Part shown: positions 32,624 through 42,891 of the stretch, one piece after another
How positions within the stretch are numbered: the first letter of the stretch is position 1
Layout: each line of letters starts with the position of its first letter
Assembly: GCA_963674755.2 (NCBI GenBank)
Contig: CAXXVS010000003.1
Coordinates: 512,001-576,000, forward strand
DNA length: 64,000 bases
Reading direction: 5' to 3'
From: Desulfobacterales bacterium
GTDB lineage: Bacteria; Desulfobacterota; Desulfobacteria; Desulfobacterales; UBA5852
Position numbers and translations under genes: made by a program
Notes under the pieces: model-generated
Told to the model about the DNA's origin: nothing
Seen by the model: the letters and a program-made list of their open reading frames with translations, nothing else
Databases searched by the model: none

Positions 32624-33550
32624 TTAAGGCCCCACCGCCAACAACCAGATAAGATAGGTCAAGGCCGATGCCAGGGTGCTGGTGGAGATGGCGGCGGCGG
32701 CGAATTCGTCATCACCGTGCATTTCTCTGGCCATGACGTAGGCCACGGTCGCCGTAGGGGTGGCCAGCAGGATCAAACCGGGCAGAAAATCGACGGGTTT
32801 TTGCCCGAAGAGGATGAAGAAGGCCAGGCCGGCCAGTGGCAGGGCGACGATCTTGATGGCGACGGCGCCCAGGACCGAGAAAAGATTCTTGCGCATGACC
32901 TCCAGGGATATCGAGGCGCCGATCAGCATCAGCGACATGGGCGGCGCCAGGCCGCTCAAAATGTCCATGAAACGCAGGATCGGTGGGGGGAGTTCCACCT
33001 GAAAGAACGAGGCCGTCACACCGGCCAGGGCCGATACGATGATGGGATTGCGCCCCAGTTTCTCGGCGATGCCCCGCAGTCTTTTGCGGGGTCCGCCATC
33101 CGCCACGGTGCTGGCCTGCAACGCCAGGACGGAGAGCACATTCTGCAGGATCATCAGAAAACCCGCTATAATACCGGCCTTGGCCAGGCCGCTTTCGCCC
33201 AGGAAGTAAAAGGCCACCGGAAGTCCGATGTAACCGTGGTTGCCATGGGCGGAACACTGGATAAACGTCCCGATGCGTCCTTTGGGCCAACGGGTCGCAT
33301 GCCCGATCAGCCAGGCACTGAAATAGGCCAGAACCGCCGATGACAGGGTAATGATCAGAACCATCATGTTGAACTGCGTATGGAAGGAAGCTCTTAAAAT
33401 GGAGCGGAAGATGAGGGCCGGGATGGCCAGGTAGTAGACCAGCTGATTGGCCGGCCCCAGGAATTCCGGCGGCATGAATCCCCGGCGGCGGGCGAACCAG
33501 CCCAGGATGACGACAGCGAAGATCGGGATGATGGTTGAGAGTACTTGCAT
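32624..33550 (-). CDS. AEC (auxin efflux carrier) family transporter
   Basis: IIPIFAVVILG, AIPALIF, GNHGYIGLP, NPIIVS, ATPTA; about 10 hydrophobic segments. Confidence 0.9.
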   Translation of the reverse strand: MQVLSTIIPIFAVVILGWFARRRGFMPPEFLGPANQLVYYLAIPALIFRSILRASFHTQFNMMVLIITLSSAVLAYFSAWLIGHATRWPKGRIGTFIQCSAHGNHGYIGLPVAFYFLGESGLAKAGIIAGFLMILQNVLSVLALQASTVADGGPRKRLRGIAEKLGRNPIIVSALAGVTASFFQVELPPPILRFMDILSGLAPPMSLMLIGASISLEVMRKNLFSVLGAVAIKIVALPLAGLAFFILFGQKPVDFLPGLILLATPTATVAYVMAREMHGDDEFAAAAISTSTLASALTYLIWLLAVGP

Positions 33551-33562
33551 GAACCGGCCGGG

Positions 33563-34546
33563 TCAGATATCCACCAGGGTTTTGATACGTTCGGGTGATG
33601 AGAAGGCCCCCAGAAATTGATCGAGTTCCGTCAGCGTTATCCGGCCGGTCGTCAAGGGGCCGGTTTGGATCTGCCCTTTTTCCAGGCATTCAATCGCTTC
33701 GGGAAACTCATTTGTATAGATCAAAGAGCCCCGGATCGTCAATTCCTTGCGGACCACCATGTCGATGGGAATGGTATGATCCTTCCCCGGCAAGCTCAGG
33801 ACAACGATTTTCCCCAGTGGTGCGGCCAATCGAATGACGCGGTCCAGCGCCATCGGCACGCCGCTGGTCTCATAGATGACATCGAACGTATTGGTGAAAT
33901 CCTCATAGGAGGCGTCAGGTCCGATAATTTCCCCTGCGCCGAGTTGTTCGGCCAGCGACAGCCGTTTTTCAGAAAGATCGCAAGCGCTGACCCTGGCACC
34001 CTTGCGCGCGGCAAGCTGCATGACGAGCAGCCCCATGATGCCTGCACCGAAGATGAGGACCCTGTCCCCGGGATTCGGCGCCGTGATGCGCATGGCATGA
34101 ACCCCCACGGACAGCGGTTCCGTAAAGACGGCTACCTCGTCGGGGAGCGCATCCGGGATTTCCCAGACATAGCGTGCCGGCACTTTGACAAATTCGGCGA
34201 AAACACCATCGGTATCCACGCCCAGCCGGATTTTGGACGGGCAGGTGTTGCCGTGGCCCGATGTACACAAGGGGCATTGGCCGCAAGAAAAGTTGGGTTG
34301 GATCGTGACCCGCTGGCCGGGTTCCAGCCCGGTCACCCTCTCCCCCGTCGCCTCGACGATGCCGACGGCTTCGTGGCCGGGTATGACCGGCAGGGGAACG
34401 CCAAACCGGCCGTGATAAAGGGTATGGTCGGAGCCGCAGATGCCCCCCAGCTTCACCCGTATCAGGACTTCGTCCCGGCCGCATACCGGCATGCCGGCGT
34501 CGGCGACGATAAGTCTGCCGACTTCGGTCAATATGGCAGCTTTCAT
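33563..34546 (-). CDS. Zn-dependent medium-chain alcohol/polyol dehydrogenase
   Basis: GICGSD, GHEAVG, CGQCPLC..C, TEPLSVG, IFGAGIMG; start at MKAAIL with AAGGGA RBS. Confidence 0.92.
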   Translation of the reverse strand: MKAAILTEVGRLIVADAGMPVCGRDEVLIRVKLGGICGSDHTLYHGRFGVPLPVIPGHEAVGIVEATGERVTGLEPGQRVTIQPNFSCGQCPLCTSGHGNTCPSKIRLGVDTDGVFAEFVKVPARYVWEIPDALPDEVAVFTEPLSVGVHAMRITAPNPGDRVLIFGAGIMGLLVMQLAARKGARVSACDLSEKRLSLAEQLGAGEIIGPDASYEDFTNTFDVIYETSGVPMALDRVIRLAAPLGKIVVLSLPGKDHTIPIDMVVRKELTIRGSLIYTNEFPEAIECLEKGQIQTGPLTTGRITLTELDQFLGAFSSPERIKTLVDI

Positions 34547-34646
34547 GCTTCCCTTATCTCCTAAAAGAGCTTTTGTCCGGCATCGGCGGCCTCCCCAGGG
34601 AACTTCAACGGAGACGCCGTGGCAATTAATTATTGTGGCACGCGGC

Positions 34647-35918
34647 TCAGAAGCCGAACAGGTGCGGCAGTCCAAGAACCGTTACCGGAACGAACGAAAT
34701 AATGATCAGCACGAGCAGTTCGACGAAAAAGAGCGGCACGATTTGGCGCGTCAGGCGGCCAAGGCCGACATTGGCCACGGAATCCGCCACGAAAAGGCAC
34801 AGACCCATGGGCGGGGTGATCAGGCCGATCATAAGATTGAAGACCACCAGAATACCGAAATGGGTCGGGTCGACCCCCATGCTGACGGCGATAGGATGCA
34901 GGATGGGCACCAGGACCAGCATTGCGGCGATACCTTCCAAAAACAGCCCGATGAAGAGGAACAGGATCATCGAAGACACCAGGAACATCCATTTGGCCGT
35001 CATGAACGTCAAGGCAAAATCGGTGATGATGTTGGGGATGCGGTTGTAGGTCATGAGCCAGTTGGCGGCCGAGACCGTGGCCATGACGATCATGATGACG
35101 GCACTGTCGCGCATGGAATTGGCAAAGATCTTGGGGAGGTCGGACCATTTAAGCTCCCGGAACAGAAACAGGCCGACCACCAGGGCGTAGGCCACCGCAA
35201 AGCTGGCCGCCTCGGTAGGGGTAACGATACCAAAGAGAATGCTGCCCACCACAAAGATCGGCATCAGCAGCGGAATAATGCCCTGGATGAGAATGGTGCG
35301 CTTGCCACCGGCGGTGGCCTGAGGGTCGGGTTTTTCATAGTCGCCGGCAAAGACCATGACGTAGCCCGACAGAAAAATGGCCAGCAGGATCCCCGGCACC
35401 ACACCACCCAGAAACATGCCCGGCACGGACACCCCTGTCACGATCAGGGCATAGATGATGACCGGGATGCTCGGGGGGATGATCGGGCCGATCACCGATG
35501 ATGCGGCGGTAATGGCCGCCGCAAAGTCGCGCGGATAGCCCCGCTTTTCCATTTCGGGAATGAAGACCCGGCCGATGGCGGAAGTGTCGGCCACTGCCGA
35601 GCCGGACAGGCCGGCAAAAATGACCGACGCCCAGATATTGACCAGGGCCAGGCCGGCCCGCAAGCGTCCGACCATAATCGTGGTAAAAGCGATAATGCGG
35701 CTGGTGATGCCGGATTCGTTCATCAGTTCGCCGGCCAGGATAAAGAGGGGGATGGCCAGCAGCGGATAGGATTCCAAGCCGCCGAACATCTGGGTGGCAA
35801 CGATGCGTACATTGTAGGGAAAGGCCCCGATCGCCATGAAATACATCAGGGCTGCCACAATGGAGAAGGCCACCGGTACGCCGATGATCAGGCAGACAAT
35901 CAGGATTGCATAAACCAT
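34647..35918 (-). CDS. TRAP transporter large permease (DctM family)
   Basis: LAIPLFILAG, SGSAVAD, GPIIPPS, TPTEAA, DPTHFG, GLITPPMG. Confidence 0.95.
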   Translation of the reverse strand: MVYAILIVCLIIGVPVAFSIVAALMYFMAIGAFPYNVRIVATQMFGGLESYPLLAIPLFILAGELMNESGITSRIIAFTTIMVGRLRAGLALVNIWASVIFAGLSGSAVADTSAIGRVFIPEMEKRGYPRDFAAAITAASSVIGPIIPPSIPVIIYALIVTGVSVPGMFLGGVVPGILLAIFLSGYVMVFAGDYEKPDPQATAGGKRTILIQGIIPLLMPIFVVGSILFGIVTPTEAASFAVAYALVVGLFLFRELKWSDLPKIFANSMRDSAVIMIVMATVSAANWLMTYNRIPNIITDFALTFMTAKWMFLVSSMILFLFIGLFLEGIAAMLVLVPILHPIAVSMGVDPTHFGILVVFNLMIGLITPPMGLCLFVADSVANVGLGRLTRQIVPLFFVELLVLIIISFVPVTVLGLPHLFGF

Positions 35919-35922
35919 GGGA

Positions 35923-36477
35923 TTACCCTCCGGTCGTTTCGGTGGTGGGTTTCTCCGTAAGGCGCATCACCAATTTCAGCAGGGCCGCGATCGTCAGAGT
36001 AACGCCACCGACGACGATGGCCGCCTGATAGGGATACATGTGCCCGATCCAGATCATCCCGTCCCATCCGGTCAGGGCCTTGAGCCATTTGGCCAGATTG
36101 ATGATGCCGGGAGATTCCAGGCGGCCCCGTTTGATCACAAACATCCAGCCGGAATAGGTTAACATGATGCCGTTGAGCACCATGATCAGATCCACGAGGA
36201 TGTAGAGTTTGCGGGTCATGGATTCCGACAGGAAGTGGACCAGCATGGTGAAACGGATGTGCCGATCCTGCAGATAGGCCCAGGCCACCCCGAACATGAC
36301 GCCGTAAATGGCGATGAAGACCGGCAGCTCCTCACCCCACTCGAGGGATTTCCCGATGGCATAGCGGCGGAGGGAATTGACGAAGACAATTAAAAAGAGC
36401 AGCGACATGGACAGGGATGCGCCTCCGGCAGCCAGTTGCGAAAAGCGGCGGGATACGCTTGCAATGATTTTCGACAT
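35923..36477 (-). CDS. TRAP transporter small permease (DctQ family)
   Basis: Four TM segments; WGEEL, HIR motif; between DctP and DctM. Confidence 0.9.
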   Translation of the reverse strand: MSKIIASVSRRFSQLAAGGASLSMSLLFLIVFVNSLRRYAIGKSLEWGEELPVFIAIYGVMFGVAWAYLQDRHIRFTMLVHFLSESMTRKLYILVDLIMVLNGIMLTYSGWMFVIKRGRLESPGIINLAKWLKALTGWDGMIWIGHMYPYQAAIVVGGVTLTIAALLKLVMRLTEKPTTETTGG

Positions 36478-36543
36478 GGCGGTGGCTCTTCCCCTAAACA
36501 CAAAAATGGTGAATAGATGACGTCATCCTTATGGGTACAGGAG

Positions 36544-36578
36544 GGCGCCGGGAAGCGCAAGGTGCGCTTCCCGGCGCC
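36544..36578. other. Perfect 16-bp hairpin after dctP (mRNA stability or polarity element)
   Basis: GGCGCCGGGAAGCGCA-AGG-TGCGCTTCCCGGCGCC, no U-tract. Confidence 0.7.
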
Positions 36579-36593
36579 GCGGAGGGCAGACCG

Positions 36594-37607
36594 TTACTCG
36601 GACTTGGACGCGGCCGAGACCGCATCGTCAAGCTTTTTGATCCAAACGGCATCCGCCCCGAGTTCTCCGGCCAGCCATTTCTTGACGGCCGGCTGGGCCA
36701 AGGCCTGGAACTGGGCCAGGTCCTCTTCGGTCGGAGAATAGACCTGCATACCGGCGGCCGCCACCTTAGTCACGCCCTCCGCGGTGTTGAACTCCTGGAT
36801 GGCGCGTCCCATGGTGCCGGCAATGCGGGCGGCCTTCTTGATGATGGCCTGGTCTTTGGCCGGCAGGGACTGGAAGAACTCATCGCTGATGATGATGAAG
36901 TCGGCGCCGTAGACGTGGCCGTCCAGCGTCAGGTATTTTTGCAGCTTGTACAATTGGTTGTTGTAGATGACGCCGACCGGGTTTTCCTGTCCGTCCACGA
37001 CACCGGTGGCCAGGGCATTGGGCAGCTCGGACCAGGCGATGGGGGTCGGCTCCCCGCCCAGACCTTTCACCATCTCGACATAAAGGGGAATGGGCTGAAC
37101 ACGGAACTTGAGGCCCTTCATGTCGGCCGGCGTCCGGATTTCATGCACGTTGTTGGTGAAGTCGCGGAAACCGGTTTCGCCATAGGCCAGCGTGCGCAGC
37201 CCGGTCTTCTGCAGGCAATGCTCGGCCAGCTCCTGGCCGAAAGGACCGTCCAGCACATCCCAAGCCACCGGGGCGGATGGAAACACATAGGGGATGTTCA
37301 GCACGTCGGCTGTCTTGCACACCGTCGACATGGCGCCGGATACAATGGCCATCTGGGTGGTGCCTTCCATCACCTGCTGAACCAGACTGTTTTCGTCGCC
37401 CAGGGATTTGGCCGGGAACAGCTCGACCGTGATGTTGGTTTCCCCTTCGACGATGTTCTTGAATATGACGCTGGCCGCCCCTTTTTTGGAGCTCGTCCAT
37501 TCGGCAGGGTCGACGTGCCCCAGTTTGATGATGGGTTCCGCCATGGCAGCTGTAGCAAAAACGAGCGTGAACACAACTATACTCCATACTTTGATTGAAC
37601 GGAACAT
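36594..37607 (-). CDS. TRAP substrate-binding protein (DctP family)
   Basis: Signal peptide; GFRDF, DMKGLKFRV (carboxylate-binding Arg), GVVDGQENP. Confidence 0.95.
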   Translation of the reverse strand: MFRSIKVWSIVVFTLVFATAAMAEPIIKLGHVDPAEWTSSKKGAASVIFKNIVEGETNITVELFPAKSLGDENSLVQQVMEGTTQMAIVSGAMSTVCKTADVLNIPYVFPSAPVAWDVLDGPFGQELAEHCLQKTGLRTLAYGETGFRDFTNNVHEIRTPADMKGLKFRVQPIPLYVEMVKGLGGEPTPIAWSELPNALATGVVDGQENPVGVIYNNQLYKLQKYLTLDGHVYGADFIIISDEFFQSLPAKDQAIIKKAARIAGTMGRAIQEFNTAEGVTKVAAAGMQVYSPTEEDLAQFQALAQPAVKKWLAGELGADAVWIKKLDDAVSAASKSE

Positions 37608-37716
37608 GTTGCCCTCCTTTGGTTTGATGGCATTTGGGGAACCATCGGTTGTCGGACGCTCTTACGGCATACATTGCCCAAGGGATCATGCCTTCATTGC
37701 TTTGAAGAAGGCATCC

Positions 37717-38538
37717 TCATGGCTTCAATGTCGGCTCTCTTTCCAAAAATCGCTCGGCGGCGCGAATGGCGCGACGGGCGAACTCTTCCGGCCCCAGCGC
37801 TTTCATCAGGACCTCGTTGGGGATTTCAAGCGAATAGGGCGCGGTGGGCATACACTCCAGGATTTCGTGAAGTTTTATTCCGCCCTCGCCCGGAAATAAG
37901 CGCCCGGCGCGGGCCGTGTAAACGATCGCGTCCTCTGTGGTCGGGATCTCTTGCGGCGCATCGCAGAGATGGATGAAATGAAACCATTCCCGGGGGACAT
38001 TGCGCAGGTCCTCCAGGCGTGACCGGGAGCGGTCGAAATGGAGGGTGTCCACCAGCAGGCCCGCGTTAGGTTTGTCCACCGCTTCGATTACGGCAGTCGC
38101 GGCTTTCAGGTCCGGGGTGTCGGTCCACGAGGGAAACTCGAGATCGACCGTAAGCCCGAAGGGTTGGGCCAGTTCACAAAGTCGGCCGAAGCGATCGGTA
38201 GCCCGTGCCCGGTCGGGGTCGGGGAGTTGGGCGATGACGGCGCGGGCCCCGAGTTCGGCCCCCGCCTCCAGAAACGTGAGATAGGCCTCGGGTTCCGTCC
38301 GGGGATCCATGCGGGCCAGTTCGATGTCGAGCACGCCCACACCCGTATCCGCCATGCGCGCCTTGGTTTCCTTCATCAGGGTGCGGTCGTCCATAAGGGG
38401 GTAGGTTTTCTCGTTGGGTGTGACAGATGTCATTCGCAGACTGACGTACTGGTAGCCGGCTTTAGCGGCGATGGCCACCATCTCCGGCGGGGAACACTGC
38501 AAAACGGTCAGATGAGCGAGTGAAAATTCATGCGCCAT
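37717..38538 (-). CDS. Xylose isomerase-like TIM barrel protein (sugar-phosphate isomerase/epimerase/dehydratase family)
   Basis: LEF, VDTLHF, HLCDA, RLFPGEG, SLEIP metal-binding pattern. Confidence 0.85.
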   Translation of the reverse strand: MAHEFSLAHLTVLQCSPPEMVAIAAKAGYQYVSLRMTSVTPNEKTYPLMDDRTLMKETKARMADTGVGVLDIELARMDPRTEPEAYLTFLEAGAELGARAVIAQLPDPDRARATDRFGRLCELAQPFGLTVDLEFPSWTDTPDLKAATAVIEAVDKPNAGLLVDTLHFDRSRSRLEDLRNVPREWFHFIHLCDAPQEIPTTEDAIVYTARAGRLFPGEGGIKLHEILECMPTAPYSLEIPNEVLMKALGPEEFARRAIRAAERFLEREPTLKP

Positions 38539-38605
38539 TTGATGTTTTCTCCTTAAAATCCTGCTTGCGGGGTTTTAAATATGGCACCATCCGCCCATGT
38601 ATCCC

Positions 38606-40366
38606 TCAGTCTGTGCTGACATGGGATATTTTCTTGCCGGGGGAGTAGATGTCCAGAATGTTCCAGTGTCCGGCAGTGGGCACCGGGTTGTTGATCATGG
38701 CCACGTCCAGAACCACCGGGCGGTTGGATGCGATGGCCTTTTCGAGAGCCGGCTTGAATTGGGCGGCCGCGGTAATTTTGACCCCATCCACGCCATAGGC
38801 TTGGGCCACTGCAGCATAATCGGGCGATGTGAACTGGCCGTCCCTTTCGAAAACGGTGCCGAAGGTGGTGCCATAGTGGGCCTTCTGCAGCCCGGCGATG
38901 GTGCCGAAGGCGTCGTTATTCATGATCACGAACACCACGGCCACGTTTTCCGCCCGGGCCGTGGCCAATTGGGCCGGGTTCTGGCCGAACCCGCCATCGC
39001 CGATCAGCGCTACCACGACCTTGTCGGGACAGGCCAGTTTGGCGCCGATGGCCGCCGGGCCCCCAAAGCCCATGGTGGCGTAGCCGCCCGGTATGAGAAT
39101 GCTTCCCGGTGTGTAGATGGGGAATTGCTGGCCCACGCCGTTCTTGTTCCAGCCCACATCCGTAGTGATGATGGCATCCCGCGGAAGCACCTCGCGTACT
39201 TCGGCCAGGATACGTTCGGGCATCATGGGGAAGGCATCGCTCTGCTCCATGGCGACGTTGGTCTTTTTGAAGTCTTCCCGATAGGCGGCGATCTTTCCAA
39301 TCAGCTCTTGGTGCTGAATCCCGTTGGGGAAAAGATCCCTGGCCACATGGGTCAGAACCTTTAGGGCCTGCTTCAAATCGGCCACCGCCCCAATTTCCAC
39401 CGGATAATTGCGCCCGATTTCGCTGGGCTCGATGTCGATCTGCATCAATCGGCTGGGGGGAATGGCGAAGGTATATTCCGGGTACCAGGAACTGCAGTCC
39501 GCTTCCTTGAAGCGAGTGCCCAGGCCCAGGATCACATCGGCCTCCCGGCAGGCCTCATTGATGAATTGGGTGCCCCAGAAGCCGGTCATACCAAGGGTCA
39601 AGGGGTGATCGTCCGGCAGGGCGCCCTTGCCCATGAGGCTGTGGGCCACCGGGATGTTCATGTGATTCACGAAGGCCTTTAGTTCGTCCGCCGCTGCCGC
39701 AAGAAGGACGCCGCCTCCAGCATAGATAACGGGCTTTTCCGCATCGGCAAGGGCTTGCACGATTTCCCTTGCGGTATCCTGGTCCAGGGACGGTTGGCGG
39801 AGCACGCGGGTGTTGGATTTAACCCGATCGAAAAGGACAGTGTCCACCTCTTTGGAAAAGATATCCATGGGCACGTCCACCAGCACCGGCCCGGGTTGTC
39901 CGTTTTCAGCCAGTTGAAAGGCCTTGTCAATGATTTCAGGAAAGAGCTCCGGGCGCTCCACCCGCCAAGCGCGTTTTACAAAGGGGCGGTAAATCTCGTA
40001 TTGATCCCCGTCGGCATGGAGGTTCACTTCCTGGTGGGGGTGTTTGCCGTAGTAGTGGCTGGGAACATCGCCTGCGATCACCACCATGGGAATACAGTCC
40101 AGGGCGGCATTGGCGACGCCTGTAGCGGCATTGGTCATGCCGGGCCCCAGATGGGTCAAAACCACGGCGGCCCTGCCTGTGACGCGCGCATAGCCGTCGG
40201 CCGCGTGGGCGGCAATCTGTTCATGCCGCACGTTGATGAAATCGATGGTGCTGTTTTCCAGGGCGGACAAAACAGCGATATTCGTGTGTCCGCAAAGACC
40301 GAAGATGTGTTTCAGGCCTCGATCTTCCAAATAGTCGACCAATTGATGTGCGACGAGAGCTTTCAT
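38606..40366 (-). CDS. Thiamine-diphosphate-dependent enzyme (acetolactate synthase superfamily, probably catabolic)
   Basis: FGLCGHT, RHEQ, GPGMTN, GPVLVDVP, ATMGFG, GDGGF..NN ThDP motif; no ilvN/ilvH nearby. Confidence 0.9.
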   Translation of the reverse strand: MKALVAHQLVDYLEDRGLKHIFGLCGHTNIAVLSALENSTIDFINVRHEQIAAHAADGYARVTGRAAVVLTHLGPGMTNAATGVANAALDCIPMVVIAGDVPSHYYGKHPHQEVNLHADGDQYEIYRPFVKRAWRVERPELFPEIIDKAFQLAENGQPGPVLVDVPMDIFSKEVDTVLFDRVKSNTRVLRQPSLDQDTAREIVQALADAEKPVIYAGGGVLLAAAADELKAFVNHMNIPVAHSLMGKGALPDDHPLTLGMTGFWGTQFINEACREADVILGLGTRFKEADCSSWYPEYTFAIPPSRLMQIDIEPSEIGRNYPVEIGAVADLKQALKVLTHVARDLFPNGIQHQELIGKIAAYREDFKKTNVAMEQSDAFPMMPERILAEVREVLPRDAIITTDVGWNKNGVGQQFPIYTPGSILIPGGYATMGFGGPAAIGAKLACPDKVVVALIGDGGFGQNPAQLATARAENVAVVFVIMNNDAFGTIAGLQKAHYGTTFGTVFERDGQFTSPDYAAVAQAYGVDGVKITAAAQFKPALEKAIASNRPVVLDVAMINNPVPTAGHWNILDIYSPGKKISHVSTD

Positions 40367-40438
40367 GCAATCCTCCTGCAATAAAATCATTGGCCGCCGC
40401 AGCGGCGTGCTTCGATTCTGCCAAATCGGTTATCAAGC

Positions 40439-41656
40439 CTATCCTAATTGGGCCTTTTCCGGTTCGTACCGCACGGAAAAGATCAACAACAAACTGGCGG
40501 TCATGACCAGCCCGGCTAAGGCAAAGCCCTGGTCAAACATCCCCTTGTCGCCGAACATACCGATCACGGTGGGGAAAGCGCCGCCTCCGATCAGCATGGA
40601 AACGGGCATGATCAGGGCGATCACCAGGTTGCGGAGCCCGCTCGCCACCATGCCCGTCAGGACGGCGTAAGCCGGCGGAAAGAACGCGGCGGCAAAAAGC
40701 GGCTGCAATAGCAGCGGCAGCCACAACCAATTGTTGTCGGCCAGACCTATCATAATGGTTGCCAGACCGCTCAGCAGGGCCGCGGCGGCCATCACCGATC
40801 GCGGATCCCAACGGGCGGACAACCAGCCCGCCGCCAACGGCGACACCATGGCGGCCACGCGGGAGGCCGACATGATGAAGTTGGTGAAGGTCTGCCCCAT
40901 CCCCCTTTCGGTTTGCAGATAGAGGGGGATCATGGAAAACACCCCTACGTTGGCGGCCACACCGAGGGCGAAGACAATCAGCATGGCCCAGAAGGTCCAC
41001 CGGGAGAGCACCTGGTGCATGTTTTTCCAGGTGGGGGGATCGCCCCTGTAGTCCCCGGTCGGTCGTTTGAAGGCGTAGTAAAGCCCGGTGACGATCAATC
41101 CCATGGCAATCGGCCATACGACGCTCCGCCAGCTGCCCCATCCTATTACCGCTTCGGCCAGCAGGGGGGCGGCGATAAAGCCAAGACTGGGTGAGATTTC
41201 GTGGATTGAAAAGGCCTTGCCGAAATCCCTGGAGGCCAGTCCATAGGTCAGGCTGGCGATCCCCGCCGGAAGATAGAAACCGGCCGTAACGCCGATGAGG
41301 ACCAGCGCCACTCTGAGAAAAGGCAGGGAGGTTCCCATGGCCGCTCCGACCAAAGCCAGCCCGCAGGAGAGGCTCGACAGGGTGATGGTCTTTTGATGGT
41401 TCAGCCGGGAAGAGAGATACCCTGAGCTCAGGACGCCGAAAAAATAACCGGCCGTAATAAAGAGAAACAATGCGCCGGCCCCGGTGTGGGTAATGCCCAG
41501 ATCGGCTTCGATGTTGACCAGCAGCGGCCCCCAGATAAAGCGCGCCAGAAAATTGAAAAAGAAGAGGACCGCCAGCAGGGCGATAGCCGAGAAGCGGGCC
41601 CGGAAGGGCAAGATTCGAGAGGATGGCAAAGGGTAAGAGGGACGGTCGGTTTGCAT
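40439..41656 (-). CDS. MFS transporter
   Basis: About 12 TM segments, GYLSSRLNHQK motif-A-like loop; start uncertain. Confidence 0.85.
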   Translation of the reverse strand: MQTDRPSYPLPSSRILPFRARFSAIALLAVLFFFNFLARFIWGPLLVNIEADLGITHTGAGALFLFITAGYFFGVLSSGYLSSRLNHQKTITLSSLSCGLALVGAAMGTSLPFLRVALVLIGVTAGFYLPAGIASLTYGLASRDFGKAFSIHEISPSLGFIAAPLLAEAVIGWGSWRSVVWPIAMGLIVTGLYYAFKRPTGDYRGDPPTWKNMHQVLSRWTFWAMLIVFALGVAANVGVFSMIPLYLQTERGMGQTFTNFIMSASRVAAMVSPLAAGWLSARWDPRSVMAAAALLSGLATIMIGLADNNWLWLPLLLQPLFAAAFFPPAYAVLTGMVASGLRNLVIALIMPVSMLIGGGAFPTVIGMFGDKGMFDQGFALAGLVMTASLLLIFSVRYEPEKAQLG

Positions 41657-41700
41657 GATGCCAATCAGACGGGGCCTTTGGTTTCGCCCCCGAGCAAAGA

Positions 41701-42789
41701 TCAATGGTCGGCCAATTCATTGCCCAAATCCAAAGCCACCGGTTGCCCGCTGGCGCCGGAATCCAAGACGGCACGGATCACCGTAAGGGTGCGCAGCGCG
41801 TCCTCGCCGCTGGTGCGAGGGGCTTTCTCCCCCAGGATAACAGCACAAAAATGCTCGATCTGACGCTCCAGAGGGTCTTGTCCATGCACGGAAATTTCCG
41901 TTGTTTCCAGCGGCTCCAGCCAGCCTGCGGCGGATGGCGATGGGTAATGGACGAGTTTCATGCTCGGAAAAGCGAGGGTGCCTTCGGTGCCGAAGAACAG
42001 ATAGCAGTCCTCGTGAGTGCGAAAATAATCCGGGTTTTCACCGGTGGTGGCTTCGTAGGACCAGCCAGAGGGCACACAGTCGGAGGTTACGATTGTTCCT
42101 AACGCCCCGCTGCGGAATCGCAGGGTCGCACAGGCCGTGTCTTCCACCTCAAAACCCCGTGCAGCCGAACTTACCTCGGCATATACGTTTTGGATTTCAC
42201 CGCAGATGTAGCGCAGGTTGTCCACCTCGTGGATCATGTTGATCAGCACGGGACCGCCGCCGGGTTTTCGGCGCCATTGGACGTCGAAATAGTCAGTGGG
42301 TTTAAGCAGGGTCCACAGGACGGAAACGGCTACCAACCGGCCGATTTTACCGGACCGGACGACCTCCCGGGCGGCTTCCACCAAGGGGTTGAAGCGTCGG
42401 TGATGCCCCACCAGAAGGTGGATTGGCTGTCGTTTGGCACAGTCGATCAAGTCGCGGGCCGCCTGAACATCCGAGGCGATGGGCTTTTCCACCAGGAGGT
42501 GCAGTCCCTGTTCGGCGCAGTCGATCCCTACCGAGACATGGCGTTCCGTAGGGGTGGCAATGATGACCCCGTCGAGCTGTTTAGCGGCGAGCATGTCCGG
42601 GTAGTCTTGGTAAAAATCGACGGATAGTGCTTCCGCCAATTGTCGTGCCGCCGGATTCGGGTCGGCGATGCCCACTAGATGGCATCCCGGCATCCCGGCG
42701 GCGATGGCGGCATGTTTAGCGCCGACTAAACCGACGCCGATGACGCCTAATCGAACAAGACGGTGGCTTTCTTTCTGAGGCGTATTCAT
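41701..42789 (-). CDS. Gfo/Idh/MocA family NAD(P)-dependent oxidoreductase
   Basis: GVIGVGLVG, IATPTERH, LVEKPIA, VGHHRRFNP, GGGPVLINMIH. Confidence 0.92.
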   Translation of the reverse strand: MNTPQKESHRLVRLGVIGVGLVGAKHAAIAAGMPGCHLVGIADPNPAARQLAEALSVDFYQDYPDMLAAKQLDGVIIATPTERHVSVGIDCAEQGLHLLVEKPIASDVQAARDLIDCAKRQPIHLLVGHHRRFNPLVEAAREVVRSGKIGRLVAVSVLWTLLKPTDYFDVQWRRKPGGGPVLINMIHEVDNLRYICGEIQNVYAEVSSAARGFEVEDTACATLRFRSGALGTIVTSDCVPSGWSYEATTGENPDYFRTHEDCYLFFGTEGTLAFPSMKLVHYPSPSAAGWLEPLETTEISVHGQDPLERQIEHFCAVILGEKAPRTSGEDALRTLTVIRAVLDSGASGQPVALDLGNELADH

Positions 42790-42891
42790 CAGTTGGCGCT
42801 GTCCCCTTGCGGTTGCACCATATACATATGTTGCAGCTCCTTGTGTTGGTGCTGCGGCGTAGCCTTATCAGGCCCGAGAAGGTTTGGAGCG

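Noticed and set aside
38606..40366. Calling the ThDP enzyme ilvB, xsc or iolD
   Set aside because: No ilv regulatory subunit, pta or iolB/iolC context; motifs support only a superfamily-level call
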